39,525 nucleotides of DNA from Candidatus Avispirillum sp. (GCA_045650355.1 JAZRRC010000023.1:1-39525); one strand, 5' to 3'; shown: positions 24,811-33,523, counted from the stretch's first letter. Notes: generated by a model not told the origin, from the sequence alone. Made by a program: numbers and translations.

Positions 24811-25630
24811 CGAAACTCTTATTCCCTATCTCGGAGAGGTTACCGATATCCGTATCGATACTCCCGATGTCAAGACCTTCCGAGTACTGACACCCGACGG
24901 CGTAAAGCCCTTCGAGCATATGCCCGGTCAGTGCGCAATGCTCTCCATTCCCGGCGTAGGCGAGGCTATGTTCTCTATCACATCCTCTCCCACAAATAAG
25001 GATTATATGGAGTTCTCCATCAAGAAGTGCGGATGCCTCACAGAGTGGCTCCACGCTATGGATGTAGGACAGCAGATCACAATCCGCGGACCTTACGGTA
25101 AGCCCTTCCCCGTAGAGGAAGACCTCAAGGGTAAGGACCTCCTCTTCATCGCAGGCGGTATCGGTCTTGCTCCTCTTCGTTCCGTAATCAACTACGTTCG
25201 TGATAACCGTGCAAACTACGGCAGCGTTCAGATCATTTACGGTGCACGTTCCATGGATGACCTCGTTGACTACAAGGAGATCATCGATGAGTGGATGCAG
25301 GACAGCGGTATCGAGGTTAACCTCACAATCGACCGCGAGCAGGAGGGCTGGGACGGCCACGTTGGCTTCATTCCCGCTTTCGTTAAGGAGCTCAACCCCG
25401 ATCTCAAGAAGACCGTTCTCATGTGCGGTCCTCCCATCATGATCAAGTTCACACTTGCAGAGCTTATGGGTCTCGGATTTGAGAAGACTCAGGTTTATAC
25501 AACAATGGAGCTCAGAATGAAGTGCGGCGTAGGTAAGTGCGGTCGTTGCAACATCGGCGATAAGTACGTTTGCAAGGACGGCCCCGTATTCCGTTTTGAC
25601 GAGCTTGATGAACTTCCGGATGAATATTGA
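24803..25630 (+). CDS. FAD/NAD(P)H oxidoreductase with a C-terminal [2Fe-2S] site (AsrB / sulfhydrogenase-gamma / FlxA / PyrK-like)
   Basis: MFSITSSP (FAD RxYS-type). LLFIAGGIGLAPLRS (NAD(P) site). CGVGKCGRCNIGDKYVCKDGPVF. ATG at 24803 follows GGAGG; the track start at 24785 is TTG. Confidence 0.88.
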   Translation: MTNETLIPYLGEVTDIRIDTPDVKTFRVLTPDGVKPFEHMPGQCAMLSIPGVGEAMFSITSSPTNKDYMEFSIKKCGCLTEWLHAMDVGQQITIRGPYGKPFPVEEDLKGKDLLFIAGGIGLAPLRSVINYVRDNRANYGSVQIIYGARSMDDLVDYKEIIDEWMQDSGIEVNLTIDREQEGWDGHVGFIPAFVKELNPDLKKTVLMCGPPIMIKFTLAELMGLGFEKTQVYTTMELRMKCGVGKCGRCNIGDKYVCKDGPVFRFDELDELPDEY

Positions 25631-25644
25631 TCCGACATAAAGAA

Positions 25645-26334
25645 ATGGAGAAAACAACAATGGAAAATATGGTTAATATATTCCTTTACGGCAAGAAGTA
25701 TTCTGTTCCTGCAAACCTCACAATCATGAGCGCTATGGAATATGCAGGATACCAGCTTGTTCGTGGCTGCGGCTGCCGTAACGGATTCTGCGGCGCTTGC
25801 GCTACCATTTACAGAATCAAGGGTGACAACGAGCTTCATGCTTGCCTTGCTTGTCAGACAACTGTTGAGGATAACATGTATATCGCAACACTCCCCTTCT
25901 TCCCCCTTGCAAAGCAGGTATACGATATCGAAAAGGTAGCAACAACTGAGGCTGTTATGATGCAGCTCTACCCTGAGATCTACGCTTGCGTAGGCTGTAA
26001 CGCTTGTACAAAGGCTTGTACACAGGGCCTTAACGTAATGCAGTACATCGCATACGCTCAGAGAGGCGACTTTGAGGCTTGCGCTGAGGAGTCCTTCGAC
26101 TGCGTAATGTGCGGCGTTTGCTCTTCCCGTTGCCCTGCAGGCATTTCTCATCCCCAGGTTGCAATGCTTGCTCGCCGTATCAACGGTAAGTACCTTGCTC
26201 CCGCTTGCGGCCACCTTGAGGACCGTGTAAAGGAGATCAAGGACGGCACATTCACAGAGCTTATCGAGGCTCTCATGCAGAAGCCTATTGAGGAGCTCAA
26301 AGAGCTTTATAACACACGTGAGATCGAGAAGTAA
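25645..26334 (+). CDS. frdB: succinate dehydrogenase/fumarate reductase iron-sulfur subunit-like protein
   Basis: N-terminal 2Fe-2S-like CGCRNGFCGACA...C. CVGCNACTKAC and CVMCGVCSSRCP. The start is uncertain (ATG at 25645, 25660 or 25669). Confidence 0.75.
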   Translation: MEKTTMENMVNIFLYGKKYSVPANLTIMSAMEYAGYQLVRGCGCRNGFCGACATIYRIKGDNELHACLACQTTVEDNMYIATLPFFPLAKQVYDIEKVATTEAVMMQLYPEIYACVGCNACTKACTQGLNVMQYIAYAQRGDFEACAEESFDCVMCGVCSSRCPAGISHPQVAMLARRINGKYLAPACGHLEDRVKEIKDGTFTELIEALMQKPIEELKELYNTREIEK

Positions 26335-26348
26335 GGAGGAAAGAGAAA

Positions 26349-27953
26349 ATGTATTCTGAAAAGTATCAGGAGTCTCTGGCTGCAGTTGCAGCGGCAAGAG
26401 AAGCGAATATCGCTATGGAGCCCGCTCGTATGACTGCAGAGCAGAAGGAGACTCTTCTCAAGACATACCATCCCGACTATAAGGAGGATCAGTTCTCCAC
26501 TCTCGCAATCGGTCCCAACAAGGGCGATAAGGTTCCCCACGAGCTTTGCGAGATGCTTCAGGCTCACTCCAGAATCACAGCTGACAGTGTAGACCTTACA
26601 AACCCTGACTACGAGTGCGACGTGCTTATCATCGGTGCTGGCGGCGCAGGTACTGCTGCTGCTATCGAGGCACACGAGGCAGGCGCTGACGTTATGATCG
26701 TAACTAAGCTTCGTATGGGCGATGCTAACACAATGATGGCAGAGGGCGGCATCCAGGCTGCTGATAAGCCCAACGACTCTCCCGCAATCCACTTCGTTGA
26801 CGCATTCGGCGGCGGTCACTTCGCTGCAAAGCGCGACCTCCTTGCTAAGCTCGTTTGCGATGCTCCCGAGGCTATCAAGTGGCTCTCCGATCTCGGCGTT
26901 GAGTTCGATAAGGAAGAGGACGGCACAATGGTAACAACCCACGGTGGCGGTACTTCCAGAAAGAGAATGCACGCAGCTAAGGACTATTCCGGTGCTGAGA
27001 TCATGAGAACTCTCCGTGATGAGGTTCTCAACCGTGGCATCAACGTTGTAGATTTCACATCTGCTATCGAGCTTATCCTTGATGAGAACGGTAAGGCAGC
27101 AGGTGCAGTTCTTATGAACATGGAAACAAAGGATCTCCTCGTTGCTAAGGCTAAGACTGTTGTTATCGCAACAGGCGGTGCAGGCCGTATGCATTACCAG
27201 GGCTTCCCCACATCCAACCACTACGGTGCAACAGCTGACGGTCTTGTTCTCGGTTACAGAGCAGGAGCTAAGCTTCTCTACGCTGAAACACTTCAGTATC
27301 ATCCCACAGGTGCTGCATTCCCCGAGCAGATCTTCGGTGCTCTTGTAACTGAGAAGGTTCGTTCTCTCGGTGCAAAGCTCGTTAACTGCAACGGTGAAGT
27401 ATTCATGCATCCCCTTGAGACACGTGACGTAACTGCAGCTTCCATCATCCGTGAGTGCTCCGACCGTGCAAACGGTATCGACACAGGTAACGGCCTTGCA
27501 GTATGGCTCGATACACCTATGATCGAGGCTATCGGCGGCGAGGGTACAATCGAAGCTAGAATCCCCGCAATGATGAGAATGTTCGGCGAGTACGGCATCG
27601 ATATCCGTAAGGAGCCTATCCTTATCTACCCCACACTCCACTACCAGAACGGCGGTCTCGACATCACAGTTGACGGTATGACAACAAACGTTGAGAACCT
27701 CTTCGTTGCAGGTGAGGCAGTTGGCGGTATCCACGGTAAGAACAGACTTATGGGTAACTCCCTCCTCGATATTATCGTATTTGGTAGAAACGCAGGTCAG
27801 AACGCAGCTAAGGCTGCAAAGACTGCTACAGTTGGCGCACTCTCTCTCGATCACGTAACAAAGTTCGAGGCTGAGATCGCAGAGGCCGGCATCGAGACAG
27901 ATGCAGTTTCTCCCAAGCTCCTTCCTAACTATACAAAGCAGAAGAACATCTGA
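26349..27953 (+). CDS. frdA: fumarate reductase/succinate dehydrogenase-family flavoprotein, soluble type (no covalent-FAD His)
   Basis: DVLIIGAGGAGTAAAIEA (FAD). NTMMAEGGIQAA (compare SHT..AQGGI). LQYHPTG. HGKNRLMGNSLLDIIVFGRNAG. It lies next to the FrdB-like gene. Confidence 0.85.
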   Translation: MYSEKYQESLAAVAAAREANIAMEPARMTAEQKETLLKTYHPDYKEDQFSTLAIGPNKGDKVPHELCEMLQAHSRITADSVDLTNPDYECDVLIIGAGGAGTAAAIEAHEAGADVMIVTKLRMGDANTMMAEGGIQAADKPNDSPAIHFVDAFGGGHFAAKRDLLAKLVCDAPEAIKWLSDLGVEFDKEEDGTMVTTHGGGTSRKRMHAAKDYSGAEIMRTLRDEVLNRGINVVDFTSAIELILDENGKAAGAVLMNMETKDLLVAKAKTVVIATGGAGRMHYQGFPTSNHYGATADGLVLGYRAGAKLLYAETLQYHPTGAAFPEQIFGALVTEKVRSLGAKLVNCNGEVFMHPLETRDVTAASIIRECSDRANGIDTGNGLAVWLDTPMIEAIGGEGTIEARIPAMMRMFGEYGIDIRKEPILIYPTLHYQNGGLDITVDGMTTNVENLFVAGEAVGGIHGKNRLMGNSLLDIIVFGRNAGQNAAKAAKTATVGALSLDHVTKFEAEIAEAGIETDAVSPKLLPNYTKQKNI

Positions 27954-27968
27954 TAGGAGGCGCAAACA

Positions 27969-29216
27969 ATGAATCTTTTCGGCGGTGTTATTCCTATTAC
28001 TGGAGTTTCATTCTTCCTTTTCTGCGTGTTCGCGATCCTCGCTGTAGGCTATGCCCTTGGTAGAATCACTATCAAGGGCGTGTCCCTCGGCGACGCGGGC
28101 GTATTTATCATCGCGCTTCTCTTTGGCGCACTTTTCTGCAGTGACCTTATGCCCGAGCCTGTTGTGTTCGAGGAGTCCTGGCTTTCCATCATCGAGAGCT
28201 TCGGCCTTATTCTCTTCGTAACAAGCGTTGGCTTCATTGCAGGTCCCAAGTTCTTCGCAAACATGAAGAAGAACTTCAAGAGCTACGTTCTTCTCGGCGT
28301 TATCATCATCCTCGCAGGCGGTCTTTCCGCTTTCGGATGCATTATGCTCGGCAAGCACGTATTCGGCTACGGTGCTTCCACCATTACCGATATCGATGGC
28401 TTCGTTGCTATGATCGTAGGTCTTCTTTCCGGCTCCCTTACTTCTACTCCCGCATTCTCTGCTGCTAAGGCAACAGTTGCGGCTGAGTATCAGAGCCTTG
28501 TTTCCGTAGGTCACGGTATTGCTTATATCTTCGGTGTTGTAGGCGTTGTGCTCTTCGTTCAGCTCATTCCTAAGCTCACAAAGGCTAACATGGATGATGA
28601 GAGAGCAAAGATCTCCGTTCCTGCAAAGGAAGAGGGCAAGGTAAAGAAGGTAGTTAAGCTTCTCCACCTCGACCATATGGGCGTTTGCGCATTCTCCATT
28701 GCAGCTATTCTCGGTACAGTTGTTGGTAAGATCAAGATCCCCATGAGCGGCGACGGTCTCGAGGGCACTTGCTTCTCTCTCACAACAACAGGCGGATGCC
28801 TCCTCGTTTCCCTTATCATCGGCCACTTCGGCAGAGTTGGTAAGGTAAGCCTTATGCCTGCAGAGACCACCCTCAAGCTCTTCCGTGAGCTTGGTCTCGT
28901 TCTCTTCCTTGTAGGCGCAGGTATCCCCGGCGGTGCAGACTTCGTTGCAAACTTCAACGGTATGTACTTCGTATACGGTATCATCATGACAATCGTTCCT
29001 ATGATCCTCGGATTCCTCTTCGCGAAGTACGTTCTTAAGCTTCCCCTTCTCAACAACCTCGGTTCTCTCACAGGCGGTATGACATCCACACCCGCTCTCG
29101 GAACCCTTATCGGAACAGCAGGAACAGAGGACGTTGCAGCAGCATATGCGGCAACATATCCTATTGCACTTATCGCAGTAGTTCTCGTATCCCAGTTCCT
29201 CATTATTATATTCTGA
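27969..29216 (+). CDS. AAE-family (AspT/YidE/YbjL/SucE-like) transporter, putative dicarboxylate (succinate) exporter
   Basis: Polytopic membrane protein with two homologous halves, each starting with an LG..I.G.SLG-like segment (LGRITIKGVSLGDAG; HFGRVGKVSL). The central RCK_C-type region looks absent (415 aa). Confidence 0.7.
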   Translation: MNLFGGVIPITGVSFFLFCVFAILAVGYALGRITIKGVSLGDAGVFIIALLFGALFCSDLMPEPVVFEESWLSIIESFGLILFVTSVGFIAGPKFFANMKKNFKSYVLLGVIIILAGGLSAFGCIMLGKHVFGYGASTITDIDGFVAMIVGLLSGSLTSTPAFSAAKATVAAEYQSLVSVGHGIAYIFGVVGVVLFVQLIPKLTKANMDDERAKISVPAKEEGKVKKVVKLLHLDHMGVCAFSIAAILGTVVGKIKIPMSGDGLEGTCFSLTTTGGCLLVSLIIGHFGRVGKVSLMPAETTLKLFRELGLVLFLVGAGIPGGADFVANFNGMYFVYGIIMTIVPMILGFLFAKYVLKLPLLNNLGSLTGGMTSTPALGTLIGTAGTEDVAAAYAATYPIALIAVVLVSQFLIIIF

Positions 29217-29229
29217 TAATAGCACCTAT

Positions 29230-29266
29230 AAAGGTCGCAGGCTCTCAAGGCTTGCGACCTTTTTAT
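29230..29266 (+). terminator. rho-independent terminator ending the redox supercluster
   Basis: AAAGGTCGCA...TGCGACCTTT stem followed by TTTTAT. Confidence 0.75.
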
Positions 29267-29296
29267 ATGCATGGCACGGTTTTAGTGTATAATGCA

Positions 29297-29325
29297 TTGA
29301 CGGAATATATATAATATGGTAAAAT
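29297..29325 (+). promoter_or_regulatory. candidate sigma-A promoter of the three-gene module
   Basis: TTGACG-N17-TAAAAT, about 40 nt upstream of the ATG at 29363 (RBS AAAGAGGAA). Confidence 0.5.
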
Positions 29326-29362
29326 TGTGTCATAATTACAAAAACAAAGAGGAACTTTTAAG

Positions 29363-30217
29363 ATGAACAAATATTATGAACAGATCATGGAGCTGAAGGG
29401 AGCAGAGGAGCTGTGCGCCCTTGTAAAGCGCTGGGATATCCTCTCTGAAAACATCACTAAGCGCTCGCCCGATGCTCCTATAGTTTTGCCCGATATCTTT
29501 TTGTATACCCGACCCGGATACGGAAATACAAGACTTCTCAATCTGCTTTCCGAATACCTGAGCTCAAAAAACAATCTTATGAGCTTTTACGGTGACGTGA
29601 AGTTCTTTGAATTCAAGCTTGATTACTGCAGACCCGACAGTGAATTTAACGAGCTGTACAGACTTATGGAGTCTGTTCAGGTTGCCGCAGGATTTCGCAG
29701 CGAGTTCAAGGGTGTTATCCGCATAAACGTGGATGAATGGATCGGTCATCACAATGAAAAGCATTTCCTTGATTTTCTGCAGTTTCTTCAGATCAATACT
29801 GCCTACTGGCTCATCGTTCTCAGCCTTTCAAATTACAGAGAAAACGGCGAGGCGGGCGAGCTTGAGGCGGTTGTCCGTATGTATCTGAGAATTGAGAAGG
29901 TCAAAATAAATCTCCCCGAAAACAAGGAGCTTGTTGAGTATGCCTCTGAGTATCTCAGAAAATACGGCTTCGAGCTTGACAGCTCTGCCAAGGAATTACT
30001 TTGCGCCTCCCTGGACGTTTTGAGAAACAATAAGTATTTTTATGGCTTGCATACAATAAAGGATATGTGCAACGACATAGTATACGTCCTCTTCTCAAAG
30101 GAAACAGTGGCAGACAAGACTATAACTGCAGATATGCTGGAAGATTTCTCTGCAGAGAGTGAATATATCAAGAGAACTGTCTTCAAGATCAAAAAGACAG
30201 GCACCATAGGATTCTGA
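29363..30217 (+). CDS. degenerate AAA+ (SpoVK/CbbX-like) protein with Lys-to-Asn in Walker A
   Basis: LYTRPGYGNTRLLNLL where GxPGTGKT is expected (Asn codon at 29525-29527). Walker-B-like VIRINVDEW. 284 aa. Confidence 0.6.
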   Translation: MNKYYEQIMELKGAEELCALVKRWDILSENITKRSPDAPIVLPDIFLYTRPGYGNTRLLNLLSEYLSSKNNLMSFYGDVKFFEFKLDYCRPDSEFNELYRLMESVQVAAGFRSEFKGVIRINVDEWIGHHNEKHFLDFLQFLQINTAYWLIVLSLSNYRENGEAGELEAVVRMYLRIEKVKINLPENKELVEYASEYLRKYGFELDSSAKELLCASLDVLRNNKYFYGLHTIKDMCNDIVYVLFSKETVADKTITADMLEDFSAESEYIKRTVFKIKKTGTIGF

Positions 30218-30229
30218 GAGGTGACGGGA

Positions 30230-31693
30230 ATGGAATATAAATTAGGTAAATATCAGAACATAAACCAGGAAACACGCTGGGCTACAATGGATGAAATAAA
30301 GCGCTCCTCCACCTACGTTGACCTCAGCGCCGACGTTTATCCCGGAGCAGGCCTTCCCGTTATTTCAGACGGACACGAGGCATACGTGGATTCCTCCGAT
30401 ACTCACAGCCTTATTTTCGGTGCAACAGGCTCAAAAAAGACAAGACTTTTCTGTATGCCCATGCTCAACTATTTCATAAAGGCAGGAGAATCCTTTATCG
30501 TAACCGACCCCAAGGGCGAGCTTTATGCAAGAACTGCGGGAATGGCAAATGCCAATGATTATAACGTTGTAGTTCTTAATTTCCGTGATATCGGAAGGGG
30601 AAATATGTGGAATCCTCTCTCCTTGCCTTATGAGCTGTATCAGGAGGGAAGGACTGATGAAGCTGTTGCAATGCTCAATGATTTTGTAGCAACGATCTCA
30701 GCTCCTCAGTTTGAGCATACAGTAGATACCTTCTGGCCCGAAATGGCATCCTCCCTTGCTATTGCAAATCTTTTGTTAATGATGGAAACAGCAACAAAGG
30801 AAGAGGCAAACGTTGGTACTCTTGCAATGCTTTGCACCTCATATTCTGCGGAAAAGCTTGAAAAGCTTTGTGCAAATATGAGAAGCGATACTATTGCCGG
30901 TCTCAATTATAAAAACGTATTTTCCAGTGCCGAAAAGACAAAGCAGAGCATTATGGTTTCTCTTTTCGGTATGGTTCGTATATTCAATAACCAGAAAAAT
31001 CTGACAAAGATGCTTTCGGGAAATAATATCGATATATCCTCCTTCGGCAGAAAGAAGACAGCGGTATATCTTATCATTCCCGATGAAAAGAGCACATATC
31101 ACTTCCTTATCACAACTTTTATAAAGCAGGCATACGAGATCCTTATTTCCGAGGCACAGAAGGAAGCAAACCGTCAGCTCCCCGTAAGAGTAAATTTTGT
31201 TCTTGATGAGTTTTGTAATATCCCCCGCATTCCCGATATGCCCTCCATGATCTCAGCTGCACGAAGCAGAAATATGCGCTATTACCTTGTAGCGCAGAGC
31301 TTGCATCAGCTGAAGGGCAGATACGGTGAGGATGCAGATACAATCAAGGGTAACTGCGATAACTGGGTATTCCTCACATCAAAGGAGCTTGACCTTCTTG
31401 AGGAGATAAGCAGCCTTTGCGGCTCATATTATACTCCCTACGGAAACCTTCGCAGACTTATTTCCGTTTCAGAGCTTCAGCGCCTTGATAAATCAAAGGG
31501 TGAGGCACTTATTATGCACTGCCGTCAGTATCCGATCATTTCCGAGATCGCAGATATAGACGATTATGAAATGTTCAAGGGATACAGTGCCCCCGATCTT
31601 GTTGAATATGAAATGCCCGAGGCTAAAATGTTTGATCTTGATCAGTTCTATAAGGACGTGATCAACGAAATTCGCCCCTTGCCCTTCTCATAA
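30230..31693 (+). CDS. VirD4/TraG/TraD-family (type IV coupling protein-like) ATPase lacking N-terminal TM helices
   Basis: TRWATMDEI...SLIFGATGSKKTRLF...TDPKGELY...VNFVLDEFCNIPRIPDMPSMISAARSRNMRYYLVAQSLHQLKGRYGED matches the T4CP core. No hydrophobic N-terminus. ATG at 30230 follows GAGAGGTGA. Confidence 0.8.
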   Translation: MEYKLGKYQNINQETRWATMDEIKRSSTYVDLSADVYPGAGLPVISDGHEAYVDSSDTHSLIFGATGSKKTRLFCMPMLNYFIKAGESFIVTDPKGELYARTAGMANANDYNVVVLNFRDIGRGNMWNPLSLPYELYQEGRTDEAVAMLNDFVATISAPQFEHTVDTFWPEMASSLAIANLLLMMETATKEEANVGTLAMLCTSYSAEKLEKLCANMRSDTIAGLNYKNVFSSAEKTKQSIMVSLFGMVRIFNNQKNLTKMLSGNNIDISSFGRKKTAVYLIIPDEKSTYHFLITTFIKQAYEILISEAQKEANRQLPVRVNFVLDEFCNIPRIPDMPSMISAARSRNMRYYLVAQSLHQLKGRYGEDADTIKGNCDNWVFLTSKELDLLEEISSLCGSYYTPYGNLRRLISVSELQRLDKSKGEALIMHCRQYPIISEIADIDDYEMFKGYSAPDLVEYEMPEAKMFDLDQFYKDVINEIRPLPFS

Positions 31694-31712
31694 TTTTTCG
31701 GAGCAGCTTATT

Positions 31713-32603
31713 ATGATTGATAAAAACGGTCAGAAAATAATCGGGGATAAGGATAAATACGACTCTGAATTTGCACTTAAGGAAATAAAATTCTTTTTTA
31801 AGGGCTTTCTCAGTCAGCCCGATGACAAAAAGGCATACTCTATCTCGAAAATGATCCACCAATACGTTAAGAATACAAAGCAGTATGAGCCTGTAGCTGA
31901 GTATATGAAGGAGCTGGAGGACTATGCCCACGTTACAAGGAATGATGATTTTGTCTGGCATCTTGTTTATATCAGAAGATTGCAGGCAGATGTATTGAAG
32001 GCAGGCGGCAAGGCTGATTATAATGAGATCTTTGAGGCCAAATATGCTGCAGCCAAGCACTTTGAAAATATATGCAAGATATATCCCAGCAAGTTCAACA
32101 ACCGTGCCAGGGCAAGTGAATACATGAGTGCTGCTATCGTTCTGCATAATGCAGGGTGCTTTTCGAAGATATCTGAAAAGCTGAAGGAAATATGCGTCTA
32201 CGTTGAAGAGCTGTTCAAGGACCTGGTGCCCGAGGGTAAGGACGTTTACTATGATACAGGCAGACTGCTTTATTACTTTAAATTTTATTATGCAGCAAAC
32301 AGCATCCAGGGAAAAGACAGCGAGTGCATCGAAAACCTGAACAAGGCCATATATTATTCGCTGGAAGGCTTTGCGCTTGATAAAACCAATGATTTCTACG
32401 TCAGACAGATCGCAATGTTTTTTGAATTGGGAATAAAGTATAAAGGGTTTGTATGTGATGATAATATCAAAAAGCTGGAAGACCTTTGCAGGGAGGTTTC
32501 AGTGATTGCCAAAGAAAGCGGAAGTCCCTTTACCGATGCCTTAAGCAGACTTGAAGCGGTCAGAAAAAAGGCTGTCGAGATTATGGAAAAATCCAAAAAA
32601 TAA
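31713..32603 (+). CDS. hypothetical all-helical (TPR-like?) protein
   Basis: 296 aa ORF 19 nt downstream of the T4CP-like gene. Composition is helical-repeat-like. No motifs recognised. Confidence 0.65.
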   Translation: MIDKNGQKIIGDKDKYDSEFALKEIKFFFKGFLSQPDDKKAYSISKMIHQYVKNTKQYEPVAEYMKELEDYAHVTRNDDFVWHLVYIRRLQADVLKAGGKADYNEIFEAKYAAAKHFENICKIYPSKFNNRARASEYMSAAIVLHNAGCFSKISEKLKEICVYVEELFKDLVPEGKDVYYDTGRLLYYFKFYYAANSIQGKDSECIENLNKAIYYSLEGFALDKTNDFYVRQIAMFFELGIKYKGFVCDDNIKKLEDLCREVSVIAKESGSPFTDALSRLEAVRKKAVEIMEKSKK

Positions 32604-32630
32604 TTAAATATGCCTCTGCTGCAGCAGAGA

Positions 32631-32663
32631 AAAAAGGAGGAAGTATTGCTTCCTCCTTTTTTT
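32631..32663. terminator. rho-independent terminator (A-run/T-run flanked), preceded by a second short palindrome at 32614-32629
   Basis: AGGAGGAAG-TATTG-CTTCCTCCT is a 9-bp stem followed by TTTTTT. CTCTGCTGCAGCAGAG lies upstream. Confidence 0.85.
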
Positions 32664-32747
32664 GTGCCTAAAATGAATCGAAAAGTCTTGAATGATACAT
32701 AATTTTGTTATATAAATAAAAATATTATAAAAAACCAATTTTAGGTA

Positions 32748-32776
32748 TTGACATATATTAGTATGTATACTATAAT
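32748..32776 (+). promoter_or_regulatory. consensus sigma-A promoter with an embedded palindromic operator candidate (32759-32772)
   Basis: TTGACA-N17-TATAAT. The spacer/-10 region contains TAGTAT-GT-ATACTA (6+2+6 inverted repeat). Confidence 0.75.
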
Positions 32777-32827
32777 TGAAACAGATAAAGCAGTGCGAAA
32801 ACAAACGGAAAACGGAGGAGACAGAAA

Positions 32828-33523
32828 ATGGCTCGAATCAATAAAAGCGCATTGACAAAAACAGAAATCGTTCAGGAAGCTTGCAAGCAGTTTCTTGAAA
32901 AGGGATATTCCAATACAACGATATCGGCAATTTCGAAGGAGCTTGGAATGAGCCCCGGAAATCTGACCTTCCATTATCCGACGAAGGACCATTTGCTTGC
33001 AGAGCTGGTTGAAATGCTTTGCATCCATCAGTGGAATCTGCTGGAAAAGGAAGTGGACGACGGCTACAGCTCGGTAATGGCAATCTGCCTTGAGCTTGCG
33101 TATATGACAAGCACCTGCGAGGATGATGAGATCATCAAGGATTTCTTCCTCTCAGCCTATCGCAGTCCCATCTGTCTTGAAATCATCAGAAAAAATGACT
33201 GTCAGCGAGCTAAGGAGATATTTAAGGCCCACCGTCCCGAATGGACAGACGAGCAGTTTGCAGAGGCTGAGATACTTGTGTCAGGCGTAGAGTATGCTAC
33301 GCTGATGACAGCGGGAGAGCCCGTGTCTCTCGAAACCAGAATCAGCGGTGCAATGCAGAACATACTCGGTATATACGGTATTCCGCCTGAGATACGCAGC
33401 ATGAAGCTGAAAAAGGTATTTGAAACAGACTACAGAGCAGACGGAAAGAAGATCCTCTTGGATTTTAAGGAATACGTAAGAAAAGCAAACGAACAGGCTT
33501 TTCGTGAATTATTGAAAAGATAA
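32828..33523 (+). CDS. TetR/AcrR-family transcriptional regulator
   Basis: N-terminal HTH: TKTEIVQEACKQFLEKGYSNTTISAISKELGMSPGNLTFHYPTKDHLL. Confidence 0.92.
   Translation: MARINKSALTKTEIVQEACKQFLEKGYSNTTISAISKELGMSPGNLTFHYPTKDHLLAELVEMLCIHQWNLLEKEVDDGYSSVMAICLELAYMTSTCEDDEIIKDFFLSAYRSPICLEIIRKNDCQRAKEIFKAHRPEWTDEQFAEAEILVSGVEYATLMTAGEPVSLETRISGAMQNILGIYGIPPEIRSMKLKKVFETDYRADGKKILLDFKEYVRKANEQAFRELLKR

Noticed and set aside
10739-29272. Very long minus-strand ORFs antisense to the redox genes. Examples: 20536-22356 (606 aa), 26307-27965 (552 aa), 17801-19087 (428 aa), 10739-11989 (416 aa), 28008-29225 (405 aa), 23761-24672, 24767-25660, 25495-26397, 15887-16708, 16847-17626.
   Set aside because: Each lies exactly opposite a plus-strand gene with unmistakable family motifs. 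Their translations are Cys/Leu/Val-rich nonsense without motifs or RBS. They arise because the sense genes almost never use TTA/CTA/TCA codons, so no stops appear in the mirror frame.
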